Shown here: positions 47,485-56,836 of the stretch, one piece after another
Layout: every line of letters begins with the position of its first letter
How positions within the stretch are numbered: position 1 is the first letter of the stretch
Origin: Planctomycetota bacterium
Lineage (GTDB): Bacteria; Planctomycetota; PLA2; JAEUHO01
Reading direction: 5' to 3'
DNA: 64,000 nt
NCBI GenBank assembly: GCA_965222115.1
Contig: CBDCTJ010000007.1
Coordinates: 1,760,001-1,824,000, forward strand
Made by a program: the position numbers and the translations under genes
The notes under the pieces: model-generated
What the model was told of the DNA's origin: nothing
Seen by the model: only the letters and a program-made list of their open reading frames with translations
Database searches by the model: none

Positions 47485-48780
47485 ATGAAAGTGCTTGTCA
47501 TTGGTAGTGGGGGGCGCGAGCACGCGTTGGTCGTCGCGCTATCGCGTTCACCGTCTGTGAAACGCGTGTTTTGTGCGCCCGGAAATGGCGGCATGATCGG
47601 CGACGCAACACCGGTACCTGAGATTCCAGTTCACGACGGCGAGGGCATCGTGGCGTTCGCGAAACGGGAGACAATTGATCTTGCGGTGATCGGCCCCGAA
47701 GCGCCCCTTGTTGCGGGGCTTGCGGACTTGCTGCGTGACGAGGGCATCGCGGTGTTTGGGCCTGGGCGAAGTGGCGCTCGCCTCGAGGGCAGCAAGGTGT
47801 TCGCCAAGGAATTGATGGCCAAACACGACATTCCAACGGCCTCGTACCACGCCTTTACCCAAGTGGCCGAGGCGCTCGATTATGTGCGCGGCAACAACTA
47901 CTACCCGATTGTGATCAAGGTCGATGGACTCGCGGCCGGCAAAGGCGTGGTGATTTGCGAAGACGAGCCGGCGGCAACCAAAGCGCTGCACGAACTCATG
48001 ACCGAGAAACGATTTGGTGAAGCCGGCGATCGCATTGTGATCGAGGAGTTCTTGCGCGGCGAAGAGGTGTCTGTGCACGCCATCACCGATGGATCCACGC
48101 TCTTCCTCCTGCCTTCCGCTCAGGATCACAAGCAGATTGGTGAGGGTGATACTGGACCCAACACGGGCGGCATGGGCGCCTACAGTCCAACGCCTTTGGT
48201 TGCCGGACCTGTTATGGACAAGGTCGTTTCATCGGTCTTTGTGCCGATTCTTCATGCGTTACGAATGGAGCGCGTTGAATACCGCGGCGTAATTTTTGCT
48301 GGCCTCATGATGACGCCAGGCGGTCCACGCGTACTAGAGTTCAACTGCCGGTTCGGTGATCCGGAAGCGCAGGTCATGCTTCCACGGCTCAAGAATGATT
48401 TGGGTCTTGTACTTAAGGCTGCTGCCGACGGAAAACTTGATGACAATGACGCCTTGCGACCATCCATTGACAATCAATCATGCATGGGCGTGGTCATGGC
48501 ATCGGGCGGCTATCCCAGCAACTACCGCACGGGCAAGGTCATTTCCGGCGTAGAAACAGCCGACGCCATGGATGGCGTCACGGTCTATCACGCCGGAACG
48601 CGGCTACGCGGAGACGACTTGGTGACAGCGGGTGGACGCGTGCTCTGCGTGACGGCATCGGGCGAAGATCTTGCCGAGGCCCGCGACCGCGCGTATCGCG
48701 CCGTAGACGCCATTGAGTTCGACGGTGCCTACGCCCGCCGGGACATCGGCCATCGAGCGCTGGGAACTACGGCGAGCTAA
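47485..48780 (+). CDS. purD: Phosphoribosylamine-glycine ligase
   Basis: 'MKVLVIGSGGREHA', 'GLAAGKGV', 'GPNTGGMGAY', 'EFNCRFGDPE'. Confidence 0.98.
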   Translation: MKVLVIGSGGREHALVVALSRSPSVKRVFCAPGNGGMIGDATPVPEIPVHDGEGIVAFAKRETIDLAVIGPEAPLVAGLADLLRDEGIAVFGPGRSGARLEGSKVFAKELMAKHDIPTASYHAFTQVAEALDYVRGNNYYPIVIKVDGLAAGKGVVICEDEPAATKALHELMTEKRFGEAGDRIVIEEFLRGEEVSVHAITDGSTLFLLPSAQDHKQIGEGDTGPNTGGMGAYSPTPLVAGPVMDKVVSSVFVPILHALRMERVEYRGVIFAGLMMTPGGPRVLEFNCRFGDPEAQVMLPRLKNDLGLVLKAAADGKLDDNDALRPSIDNQSCMGVVMASGGYPSNYRTGKVISGVETADAMDGVTVYHAGTRLRGDDLVTAGGRVLCVTASGEDLAEARDRAYRAVDAIEFDGAYARRDIGHRALGTTAS

Positions 48781-48861
48781 CCGTGAGTCGAAACGTAACA
48801 CGCGCCGTGTGTCGGACGTTTGAATGTGCAGGTATGCTGTTTCAAGGACCACGGAGAACCC

Positions 48862-49641
48862 ATGCGCGCTGCACGTCATCAACCTAAAGAAATTTGCCCA
48901 GCGCGCGCTCCTCAGGCGATTGGGCGTCCACGTGCGAGCGTTTTTGTTTGTGCACTCCTGCTCGGTCCGTTGTTTGCCGTCGTTCCATCCGCAACTACCG
49001 ATGCCGAAGCCGCCCCAGTTACTCGTACTCGCGCTGCCTCCCTTGCGGCTTCTCTGCGTCGGCAAGTGCTACAAAAGGTCGAATTCAAGGATGCGCCGCT
49101 TCTCGACGTTGTGAAATGGCTCCGAATTGCTACCGGAAAGCACATCTTGGTTAAGCACGCCGCACTGGCGAAGGCGGGAATTGATCCGGGAGAAGTACGA
49201 TTTACCGCCACACTGGAGCGAGTCACGGTTGTCACGCTGTTGCGCGTTTGGCTTCGCCCGCACAATCTCTCCGCCATTGTAAAGGGCAATATTCTCTACA
49301 TCACGACCAAGAAGGACTCGGTCGGCAAACCCATTACGCGCATGTATGGCATTGCGCACCTGACCTACACCAAGACCGACTTTATTGCGCCTCGTCTCGA
49401 TTTGCCGTCCAACAATGACACCATTGAAGATCGGCCCACCGAAGTGCCCGTTGAGGATGATCCACTCACCGACGCCGACGCCGTGGCCGAACTCATCAAG
49501 AAGCTCGTCGATCCCAAGGGGTGGGAAGAAAATGACGACTGGACCATCTCCGGCACAAAGACCTACATTCTCGTTCGCGCGCCGCGCCACGTGCACCGCC
49601 AGATGCTTGGGGCGCTGGGTCGCATCGCATCGATGAAGTAA
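48862..49641 (+). CDS. Exported protein with secretin-N/STN-like domains
   Basis: 'VEFKDAPLLDVVKWLR..TG', 'TRMYGI..L', 'LVRAP..VHRQM..L'. Confidence 0.65.
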   Translation: MRAARHQPKEICPARAPQAIGRPRASVFVCALLLGPLFAVVPSATTDAEAAPVTRTRAASLAASLRRQVLQKVEFKDAPLLDVVKWLRIATGKHILVKHAALAKAGIDPGEVRFTATLERVTVVTLLRVWLRPHNLSAIVKGNILYITTKKDSVGKPITRMYGIAHLTYTKTDFIAPRLDLPSNNDTIEDRPTEVPVEDDPLTDADAVAELIKKLVDPKGWEENDDWTISGTKTYILVRAPRHVHRQMLGALGRIASMK

Positions 49642-49704
49642 ATCTCCTCGGCGGCGCGCGGGAACCCCATTCGGCATTCGCCCACCGACGGGTATCATCC
49701 TCGC

Positions 49705-50283
49705 GTGAACCCCGATGCCCCCTCGTCCGGTACACCCAGCAAGCGCAGTGGCGGTACCGACACACGCTCGTCCACCACGAATGACTCTGAATTGAGCGCG
49801 GACGGCCAGAAGGTGATTGAACAGGCGCTGGCCGAATTTGAGGTGTTTCTACGGGCCAAACGCCTCAAGATGACTGAGCAGCGGCGCAAGATGATCTCCA
49901 CGGCGCTCTCTCAGGGTGGGCACTTCACCGCCGAAGATCTCTACCACGAACTCGCGCGCATGGAGCAGTCGGTATCGATGGCCACCGTCTATCGAGGGTT
50001 GGCGTTGCTGGAAGAGGCCAACCTGCTCGAGGGCCACGATTTCGATGACGGATTGCGACGGTACGAGCGCCTGCTGGACCGCGAGCATCACGATCACATG
50101 ATTTGCATGGATTGCCGCGCGGTGCTTGAGTTCCAGGATGACGAGATTGAGGCACTGCAACACGCCGCCGCAGAGCGTCACGGCTTCACCTTGGAAGATC
50201 ATCGCCTCGTGCTCTATGTGCGGTGTCCGGATGCGGAGCAGCCCGACGACTGCACACGTCGTGATGCCATGCGAACCGAGTAG
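49705..50283 (+). CDS. fur: Fur-family transcriptional regulator
   Basis: 'MTEQR', 'HFTAEDLY', 'ATVYR', 'HHDHMICMDC'. Confidence 0.9.
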   Translation: MNPDAPSSGTPSKRSGGTDTRSSTTNDSELSADGQKVIEQALAEFEVFLRAKRLKMTEQRRKMISTALSQGGHFTAEDLYHELARMEQSVSMATVYRGLALLEEANLLEGHDFDDGLRRYERLLDREHHDHMICMDCRAVLEFQDDEIEALQHAAAERHGFTLEDHRLVLYVRCPDAEQPDDCTRRDAMRTE

Positions 50284-50292
50284 CACACAAGC

Positions 50293-50790
50293 GTGATGGC
50301 GGCACCGGACGATGCCATGCATGAGGGCGAAGCATCTGGGCGTCATGAGTCATTCATGCGCGAGGCGTTGGAAGAGGCTCATCAGGCTGCGGCGGTAGGG
50401 GAGATCCCGGTGGGCGCCGTTGTGGTGCATCGCGGGCAGGTAATTTCCCGCGCGCACAACGCACGCGAACTCGGCAATGATCCAACGGCCCATGCGGAAA
50501 TTTTGGTCATGCGCCACGCCGCGGAACTTCTACGGCAGTGGCGTTTGATTGAATGCACGCTCTACGTCACGCTCGAACCGTGTTTCATGTGTGCCGGCGC
50601 AATCGTGAACGCGCGCGTGGATACGGTGGTCTTCGGTGCGTTTGATCCCAAAGCCGGTGCCGTGGGTAGCCTTGCGAATGTTCTGGCGGATTCGCGACTC
50701 AATCATCGTCCTCATGTCGTGGGTGGCGTCTTGGCAGAGCCGTGCGGCGAGGTCTTGCGCGAGTTTTTCCGTAGTCGACGCAAGAAGTAG
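50293..50790 (+). CDS. tadA: tRNA adenosine(34) deaminase
   Basis: 'GEIPVGAVVV', 'PTAHAE', 'TLEPCFMC', 'DPKAG', 'LNH'. Confidence 0.95.
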   Translation: MMAAPDDAMHEGEASGRHESFMREALEEAHQAAAVGEIPVGAVVVHRGQVISRAHNARELGNDPTAHAEILVMRHAAELLRQWRLIECTLYVTLEPCFMCAGAIVNARVDTVVFGAFDPKAGAVGSLANVLADSRLNHRPHVVGGVLAEPCGEVLREFFRSRRKK

Positions 50791-50918
50791 TGCGCACTCA
50801 AGGGCGTCTACAAGCGTTGAACTCCCGAACGCATTCACCCCCCGAATCCGAAGCTGAATCATAATCCTTTTCTCAACCCTTTCCTTCTTCGCTTTCTTCT
50901 TCTCCGAACGTAACTCGT

Positions 50919-51752
50919 CTACTTTTCCATCCCCGGAAACATCATTGTCGTAAGTGCTTCGCGCACACTCTCCGTAGCAGTCGGCGCAACAACCATCGCA
51001 ATATGTGTTTCACTTGTTCTTACGGACCAGGATGCAAGATCTGCATTCAAACTACCGCGTTCCAGCAACCTTGGATCGGACTTGAACTCAAGCACACCAA
51101 ATGCGCCATGCGGCCCCTCATAGAGCAACCACGCTGCAGGCACTACCAGCTCACCGAGTTGCACTTGTCGTACTTGAGTGTTCGCCAACGCGTACTTGGG
51201 TGGAATGACCCTGGGCTTCGTTAGCGAAAATCCGAGTTTCTTTTCGATTGGGTCTTTCGAAGCGCCAAACGATGGCGCGCCCGGCTTGGATGTTCCACCT
51301 GTGCCACGTGCCTTCAATCGGCCGCGCGTAAGTGTTACGCCCGGTGCAGGATCAGGCATGCCTTCCCTGATTTCAGCTAGCGTACGAATCGGCATGGCGG
51401 CAGGCATACCTGGCGGAATTGGTGGAGTGCCGTCTGACGCATCGGTCGCCGGCGGAGGCATCAAACGTTGCTTACTCCGATTCATGATCGCCAATCCAGC
51501 CGCTATCCCAATCAGCGTGCATGCCGCCGCGGCGAACACCTTCTTTGACCACCATGGGCGCTTGACCGACGGAGGAGCGGGAACGTCAAAAATTGGTGTT
51601 GTTACGGCACGAAGTCGATCAACCCATTGCGCGAGTTCGTCGCGTTCCAGCACATCACGATCGGGATCGATGTGGGTCGTGCCGGGAAAGTGTTCGCCGA
51701 GGGCGATGGAGATGTCGCGTTCCCAGTCAGTGATTGGGGCCCTAGATGTCAC
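50919..51752 (-). CDS. Putative single-TM anti-sigma factor
   Basis: Overlaps the 3' end of the ECF gene; short cytoplasmic N-terminus, TM 'VFAAAACTLIGIAAGLAIM', extracytoplasmic domain. Confidence 0.7.
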   Translation of the reverse strand: MTSRAPITDWERDISIALGEHFPGTTHIDPDRDVLERDELAQWVDRLRAVTTPIFDVPAPPSVKRPWWSKKVFAAAACTLIGIAAGLAIMNRSKQRLMPPPATDASDGTPPIPPGMPAAMPIRTLAEIREGMPDPAPGVTLTRGRLKARGTGGTSKPGAPSFGASKDPIEKKLGFSLTKPRVIPPKYALANTQVRQVQLGELVVPAAWLLYEGPHGAFGVLEFKSDPRLLERGSLNADLASWSVRTSETHIAMVVAPTATESVREALTTMMFPGMEK

Positions 51753-52281
51753 GTTGGCCCTCCTTGGGTTCGGGCGCAAAATCCTTGAGTGCGCGCTTCA
51801 TTCGTTTGAGCCCTGCGGCACATCTACGTGCGGCCGTATCGGGCGAGGTGGCCAACCATTCGGCTATCTCAACCCACGACGATTCGGCCCATACCTTCAG
51901 GCACACGGCGAGACGCTCTTCGTAATCGAGACTGTCCAACGCACTTCGAATTGCATCGCTGAACTCGGCATCCAGCCGTTGCGTGTCGTCGTGAATAGTG
52001 GCGTCGCGAATGACGCGTGGGTCTCTTAGCGCCCTGCGCTCTACCGACAATCGCTTCCAGCGATTCACTACCGCGTTATGCGCCGTGCGGATCAACCATG
52101 ACCATGGCGCTTGCGCGTTGCGCACGTGTTTCCAGTTGCGATGCACGGCCATGCAAACTTCTTGAAACACATCTTCGGCGTCCAGCGTCGATGCGCACAC
52201 AAAGGTTAAGTAGCGACTCAAGCGTGGCGCAATGAACTCCAGGTAGGGTCCTGCCGTCGTTGCTTGTAAATGCGCAGTCAT
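51742..52281 (-). CDS. ECF sigma-70 factor
   Basis: 'DAEDVFQEV', 'SWLIRTAHN', 'ALDSLDYEERLAVCLK...SWVEIA'. Confidence 0.9.
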   Translation of the reverse strand: MTAHLQATTAGPYLEFIAPRLSRYLTFVCASTLDAEDVFQEVCMAVHRNWKHVRNAQAPWSWLIRTAHNAVVNRWKRLSVERRALRDPRVIRDATIHDDTQRLDAEFSDAIRSALDSLDYEERLAVCLKVWAESSWVEIAEWLATSPDTAARRCAAGLKRMKRALKDFAPEPKEGQRDI

Positions 52282-52316
52282 TGACGGTCGTAGTGCAGTC
52301 AACGAGTTTCAGTGAT

Positions 52317-53660
52317 TTACGAGCCAGAGGCGACCGATTGGCCAAGAATCACCGCCGCCTGCTTATACGCGGCCTTGACTGGGATCATGCGTTTGCGAGT
52401 GTAGTCGCTATCTCGTAGCTCAATCTTCGTTGCATCGGCATACAGCGCACCGCGCTCTAGTGCATCGTAGATCTCAACGAGCGCCTTCAATGCGTTCTTG
52501 GCACCCTCGTGTTTCGGATGCCCCCTCACCAGAGCAACGGCCGGTTCAATGAACCGCAGGAGCGAGCGCGGGTTGCGAACGTAGCTACGTGTTGCAGGCC
52601 CCTGAGACTTGACACGTTCCAAGACAACCTGCCGTGCGTGTTCGGGCATACGATCGAGCCCCTTCGGTGGGATGCGAGGCTCCTTGGCAGGCAACACAAG
52701 CCGATCGTCTACGGTCTTCCGCTCGTCAACAAGGGCGAGCAGTGCATCGGCAAACTTGTCGGCTTCCGCTTCAGTCCACGTGCTCCGAAGATACTGAGAG
52801 GGCGTGCGCTCCCAATGTAGCGCCACGTAATAGCGCCCTTGCCAGCGTGTCTTGGCGTCGCTTTCCGCTTCCGCAAGATCGTCGATCCATGTCGTGTCGC
52901 CCCACGAAAGGCGGATGTCGTGCTCTTTGGTGGGTTCGAGATCGGTAAACGTCCACTCCAATCGATCGTCAAAGCGCTTGCCGGAAACCTTGAAGCGAAT
53001 GGAGCGCAGATGATCAAACGTGATGCCGTCTGCGCAGCGAAGCGTTAGTTTGCCTTTGCCGATGAGGCCCTTCCAAGGCGAACCGGAATGCAAGATATAG
53101 CCGGTGAAGCCCGTGCGCTGATGGCCCATGCGTGTAAGTGCAACGGTGTAACGAACAATATGTGTGCTCGTATTCTTGCCTGCGTAGGGAGCCGTCCACA
53201 CATACCAGAAGTCATTTCTATTCATGCCGGGCCGAGGCCGCCGTGGCTTGAGGCGATCCACGATCTTCTTAGCGACTGACTCGCCCTTATTTACGAGTTT
53301 TGCCGGAATGTTTTTGCCATCCACTTCGACGCTGAATGCAGTCACGTTCTCAAATGCACCGAAGGGAAAGCCTGTTTCAAGCCGTGTCGCTTCACCGGGG
53401 TTGTGCATAGAGAACGTCGCGACGACCTCAAGCGTGGCGCTCCACTTGTCCTTGCCGCGCAATGTGAGCGACACATCTTCGGCGGCCATGGAGATCTCGA
53501 TTCCTTCCATGTCCTTACCCATGGGGCGCGGACCACTGCCGTATTGGGTGGGCTTGGGTCCAATGTCGGCCAGGGCATCATGCGAACTCGACAATGCGAA
53601 TGTAATGGTGACTAGCAGTGTCAACACGAGCGAACGAAAGGGGCGTCGAACGAAGCGCAT
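52317..53660 (-). CDS. Exported protein (DUF4424-like N-terminus)
   Basis: RBS AAGGAGG; signal peptide; 'ISMAAEDV', 'GFPF', 'FSVEVDG', 'YILHSGSPWKG'. Confidence 0.7.
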   Translation of the reverse strand: MRFVRRPFRSLVLTLLVTITFALSSSHDALADIGPKPTQYGSGPRPMGKDMEGIEISMAAEDVSLTLRGKDKWSATLEVVATFSMHNPGEATRLETGFPFGAFENVTAFSVEVDGKNIPAKLVNKGESVAKKIVDRLKPRRPRPGMNRNDFWYVWTAPYAGKNTSTHIVRYTVALTRMGHQRTGFTGYILHSGSPWKGLIGKGKLTLRCADGITFDHLRSIRFKVSGKRFDDRLEWTFTDLEPTKEHDIRLSWGDTTWIDDLAEAESDAKTRWQGRYYVALHWERTPSQYLRSTWTEAEADKFADALLALVDERKTVDDRLVLPAKEPRIPPKGLDRMPEHARQVVLERVKSQGPATRSYVRNPRSLLRFIEPAVALVRGHPKHEGAKNALKALVEIYDALERGALYADATKIELRDSDYTRKRMIPVKAAYKQAAVILGQSVASGS

Positions 53661-53782
53661 GGTGGCCTCCTTGAGGTGAGTTTTCATTGGTAAAGACAAT
53701 CTGGCCTTCCCAATCGCGCACGAATTCTTGAAAATTGCCACCCAGCCTCCACCGAGCCCAGCTATTTGGGCCAGCATCGCGC

Positions 53783-53811
53783 TTGACGCCCATACCTCAC
53801 GCCCCTACCGT
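53783..53811 (+). promoter_or_regulatory. Sigma70-type promoter of tRNA-Ser
   Basis: TTGACG-N17-TACCGT. Confidence 0.55.
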
Positions 53812-53826
53812 GCGCCGTTCCGCCGC

Positions 53827-53916
53827 GGAGAGATGCCGGAGCGGTCGAACGGGCCGGTTTCGAAAACCGGTGAACCCCTTGGGGTTCCCAGGGTTCAAAT
53901 CCCTGTCTCTCCGCCA
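53827..53916 (+). tRNA. tRNA-Ser(CGA)
   Basis: GGAGAGA...TCTCTCC-GCCA; anticodon arm CCGGT-TTCGAAA-ACCGG; long variable arm. Confidence 0.96.
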
Positions 53917-53977
53917 TCCATAAATTCGGCGGGCAGAGCCCGCCTCTTATGGCCGGCGGAGAACTCCGCCGTGTCTA

Positions 53978-54074
53978 TGTGGGGGAGACCCCACACCCCG
54001 TTCATGCCGGGTTGCGCCCGTCATGCGCGGGGTAGCCCCGCGAATCCTGTGGGGGGAAACCCCCCACACCCCCC
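53978..54074. repeat. Two REP-like GC palindromes after tRNA-Ser
   Basis: TGTGGGGGAGACCCCACACCCC and TGTGGGGGGAAACCCCCCACACCCC. Confidence 0.7.
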
Positions 54075-54346
54075 ATTCTGAAGGCCGTTGGGGGCGTACT
54101 GGGGTAGGCCGACTTCTAGATCGGATGAACGGCGGTGTTGGTGTGCGGTGAGCTCCTGTTTGGAAAGTCCGGGCCCACGGAATAGTCCGCCGTGCATACT
54201 GGCGGACGCTGAGGGCACCAGTGGTCGAGCAGCGAAGCGATGATCGGATGCGTTGCGTGGAATTCGTCGAGGCGTGATTGTGATGGGGGGTGCGTCGGAA
54301 ACGGCTTAGAAATCGAAAACGCGGAGACGTTTGACGGTGCCCAGGC

Positions 54347-54781
54347 TTAACTCAAGCATGCAAAGAACGTGAGGATGTAGAGCGGCCCTGCGATTGAAGC
54401 AATAAAATAGATCGTTGCGTGGCGGACGAGGGCACGCGCGAGCACCCCGGGAAGAATGCCGAAGAACATGCCCCAGAATCCATAAAGGACTAGTAGGCTT
54501 GAGTCAATTATCCATAGTCCCACTGCTCCGGTACATCCGGCCACCGCGTGTAGCAACGCGAGTATGCAAACGATCCGATAATCGGAATACTTGTACTTCT
54601 GCGGGCGAAGCTTGGCAGTGCCAAGTGAAAGGGCGCCCGCATAGATCGAGATGGGTGCAAACAGCAGAGCGACGCTCTCAAAGCGGCCGGGCAATGCGCA
54701 GAGTAGCGTTGCGAATGCGCATGCCGCGTAGAGCACCACGGCGGCGAGGCGAATCAGCGGCGAGTGCTCACTGCCAGGCAT
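54347..54781 (-). CDS. Small multi-pass membrane protein
   Basis: 144 aa with about five hydrophobic segments. Confidence 0.6.
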   Translation of the reverse strand: MPGSEHSPLIRLAAVVLYAACAFATLLCALPGRFESVALLFAPISIYAGALSLGTAKLRPQKYKYSDYRIVCILALLHAVAGCTGAVGLWIIDSSLLVLYGFWGMFFGILPGVLARALVRHATIYFIASIAGPLYILTFFACLS

Positions 54782-55019
54782 ATTGAATCCAATCGTGGCC
54801 TCGAAGACGAACGGTGGGCAGGTTACTCGTCCTTCCCTCGATTTGGTACAAGCGAGCTACGTTGCGTTGTTTCGCAGGACATCTTGCGGTCGTTACGCAC
54901 GACGAGGGCCCAATGTACGATCGCTGCTCCGACTGCCAACGCGGGTTGTATGGGTGCTGGGGCAATCGCACAGTCGACAGCCGTTTCTTGATATATTTGG
55001 GCACGTCTGGAGTGTTGAC

Positions 55020-56705
55020 ATGTCGATTCGCGATCGGCGGCAAGCGATCATTGGTACATTGATTCTCGTTGTCATCGCGGTTCCCGCGTTCGTTCTCTCC
55101 GGGCCCAACGTTTCATCGAACCCTAATGCGCCATCAGCTTCAACGACGGATGGCGAGATGCAGGATGGCGCTCCCATCTTAAGAGGCCGCGCGGATCGAA
55201 CTGTCGATGCAAATGACCGACATTCTGAGGCTGTCTCAGGCAAATCGCAGAGTGGCAACGCAGGTACTGTTTCAGGACTTGTAACGCATGTCGACGTGAA
55301 GGGGCAGGTTGTTGTGCCCGGTGGTCGCCGCGTGAGTGATGTTCACGTGAGAATTATTCAACTTAAGCGAGGTAGTCTTGGATTTGAGAGGTGGGAAGAC
55401 AGCGATCAACAGATTTCGCTGGACGAAGAGGGGCACTTCGCGGCTCGGATGCCACTGTTTCCCATTTCCAGAATTGTCGTGTCGGTATCGGGTCGCGACG
55501 TAGTCGTTCGCAGCATTTGGGGGTCGTCAAATGATGGTGCGGCTCATGACTTGGGGGCGATTGAGATCCCGAGGGTAAGGCAGCTCAAGGTCCGGGTGCA
55601 TGGGCTCGGAACGTCAGCCGTTGCCCCGGTACTGCAAGATGACGAGGACTACCACGAGCGAATTTCGCTCAAAGGCCGGGTCGTGTTCGGAAGGCGCGGT
55701 GATACGTGGACGGTCGTTGAGACTCTCGGGACGCAAGAGCGTGAACATGACGACGGTGCGAAGGACTATGTGTTTCATGTAACCACTGATGGCCCATACG
55801 ATTTCCGGTTACGTAGAGAGTTCGGGCACGCACTAGCGACAACGTTTCGAATCGCAGCGTACGAGTCGCCAGACTTCATACACGAATGGCATGTGAATGC
55901 AGTGCGACTGCGCATTGATCGGGCCGCGCTGGGCGAAAGCGTGGAAACGATGGATGCCTCGGTTCAAATTGAAACTGAGGGAGAGCGCAGGCGCTCGGCC
56001 CACTTCCCCGGTTCGTCTATTTCCGAACTCTTGCTGCCTCCGAGGCGGGATGTGATGTTGACGTGGCAGTGCAAGTTTGGGACGTATCGAACGACGTTAA
56101 GAACACCTGAAGCGGGTCAGCTTGTGACGTGGCGATTGAAAACGGGCGAACCTACCGGTTCGCTCCGAACGTTCATTCGACGCTCAAGCGATGCGACGTT
56201 GAGGTGGTTTGAAGTCTACCTAGAGATGGTTGATGCCGAGCCTCTGCGGAGTTGGCGATATACGTTCAATCGCGGCGAACATGTTGTGACGATCAACGAC
56301 CTCCCCGTGGGTAAGTACGTTGGCGTCTTTACGGCCTACTACGAAGAAATTGCCGGTGCCAGCATTGCGTCTGATGTGTCTGTTGAAATTCGGCAAGGTG
56401 AACACGCGACGATCACGCCTCAGTTGGTTGCTGAGGCGACGGTCACAGGAGAAGTCAAGATTTCATTGAATAAGAACGATCGAGGAGCGCGGTCGCCCGT
56501 TCGCGTAACGCTTTGGAGTGTCAAAGCGCCGGATGCTATCCTCGATGATTCAATGTGCTCAAGCGCCGTCTACGAAAAGAGCCTTCGCCCCGGTCGCTAT
56601 GTGATTCGTCTTGAGGCAAAGGCGTATGAATCGACGGAGCGACGATTTGAAGTGCGACCCGGTGAAACATCGCGCGTGAGGTTCCAGTTGAAGTCAATAG
56701 ACTGA
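55020..56705 (+). CDS. Membrane-anchored beta-sandwich (carboxypeptidase-regulatory-like) protein, paralog A
   Basis: N-terminal TM, linker, 'APILRG'; blocks shared with 61010-62689. Confidence 0.8.
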   Translation: MSIRDRRQAIIGTLILVVIAVPAFVLSGPNVSSNPNAPSASTTDGEMQDGAPILRGRADRTVDANDRHSEAVSGKSQSGNAGTVSGLVTHVDVKGQVVVPGGRRVSDVHVRIIQLKRGSLGFERWEDSDQQISLDEEGHFAARMPLFPISRIVVSVSGRDVVVRSIWGSSNDGAAHDLGAIEIPRVRQLKVRVHGLGTSAVAPVLQDDEDYHERISLKGRVVFGRRGDTWTVVETLGTQEREHDDGAKDYVFHVTTDGPYDFRLRREFGHALATTFRIAAYESPDFIHEWHVNAVRLRIDRAALGESVETMDASVQIETEGERRRSAHFPGSSISELLLPPRRDVMLTWQCKFGTYRTTLRTPEAGQLVTWRLKTGEPTGSLRTFIRRSSDATLRWFEVYLEMVDAEPLRSWRYTFNRGEHVVTINDLPVGKYVGVFTAYYEEIAGASIASDVSVEIRQGEHATITPQLVAEATVTGEVKISLNKNDRGARSPVRVTLWSVKAPDAILDDSMCSSAVYEKSLRPGRYVIRLEAKAYESTERRFEVRPGETSRVRFQLKSID

Positions 56706-56836
56706 GTAATACGCTGAGTTCGCGGTTGCAGTAATGCTGTGTCGTCCAAACGATTTCGAGAAACGAAGATCGCCGCACGCCCATTGAGATGGCGTGCGGC
56801 GATCAGGCACGAATGGCGCACACGAGAGCGCGATAC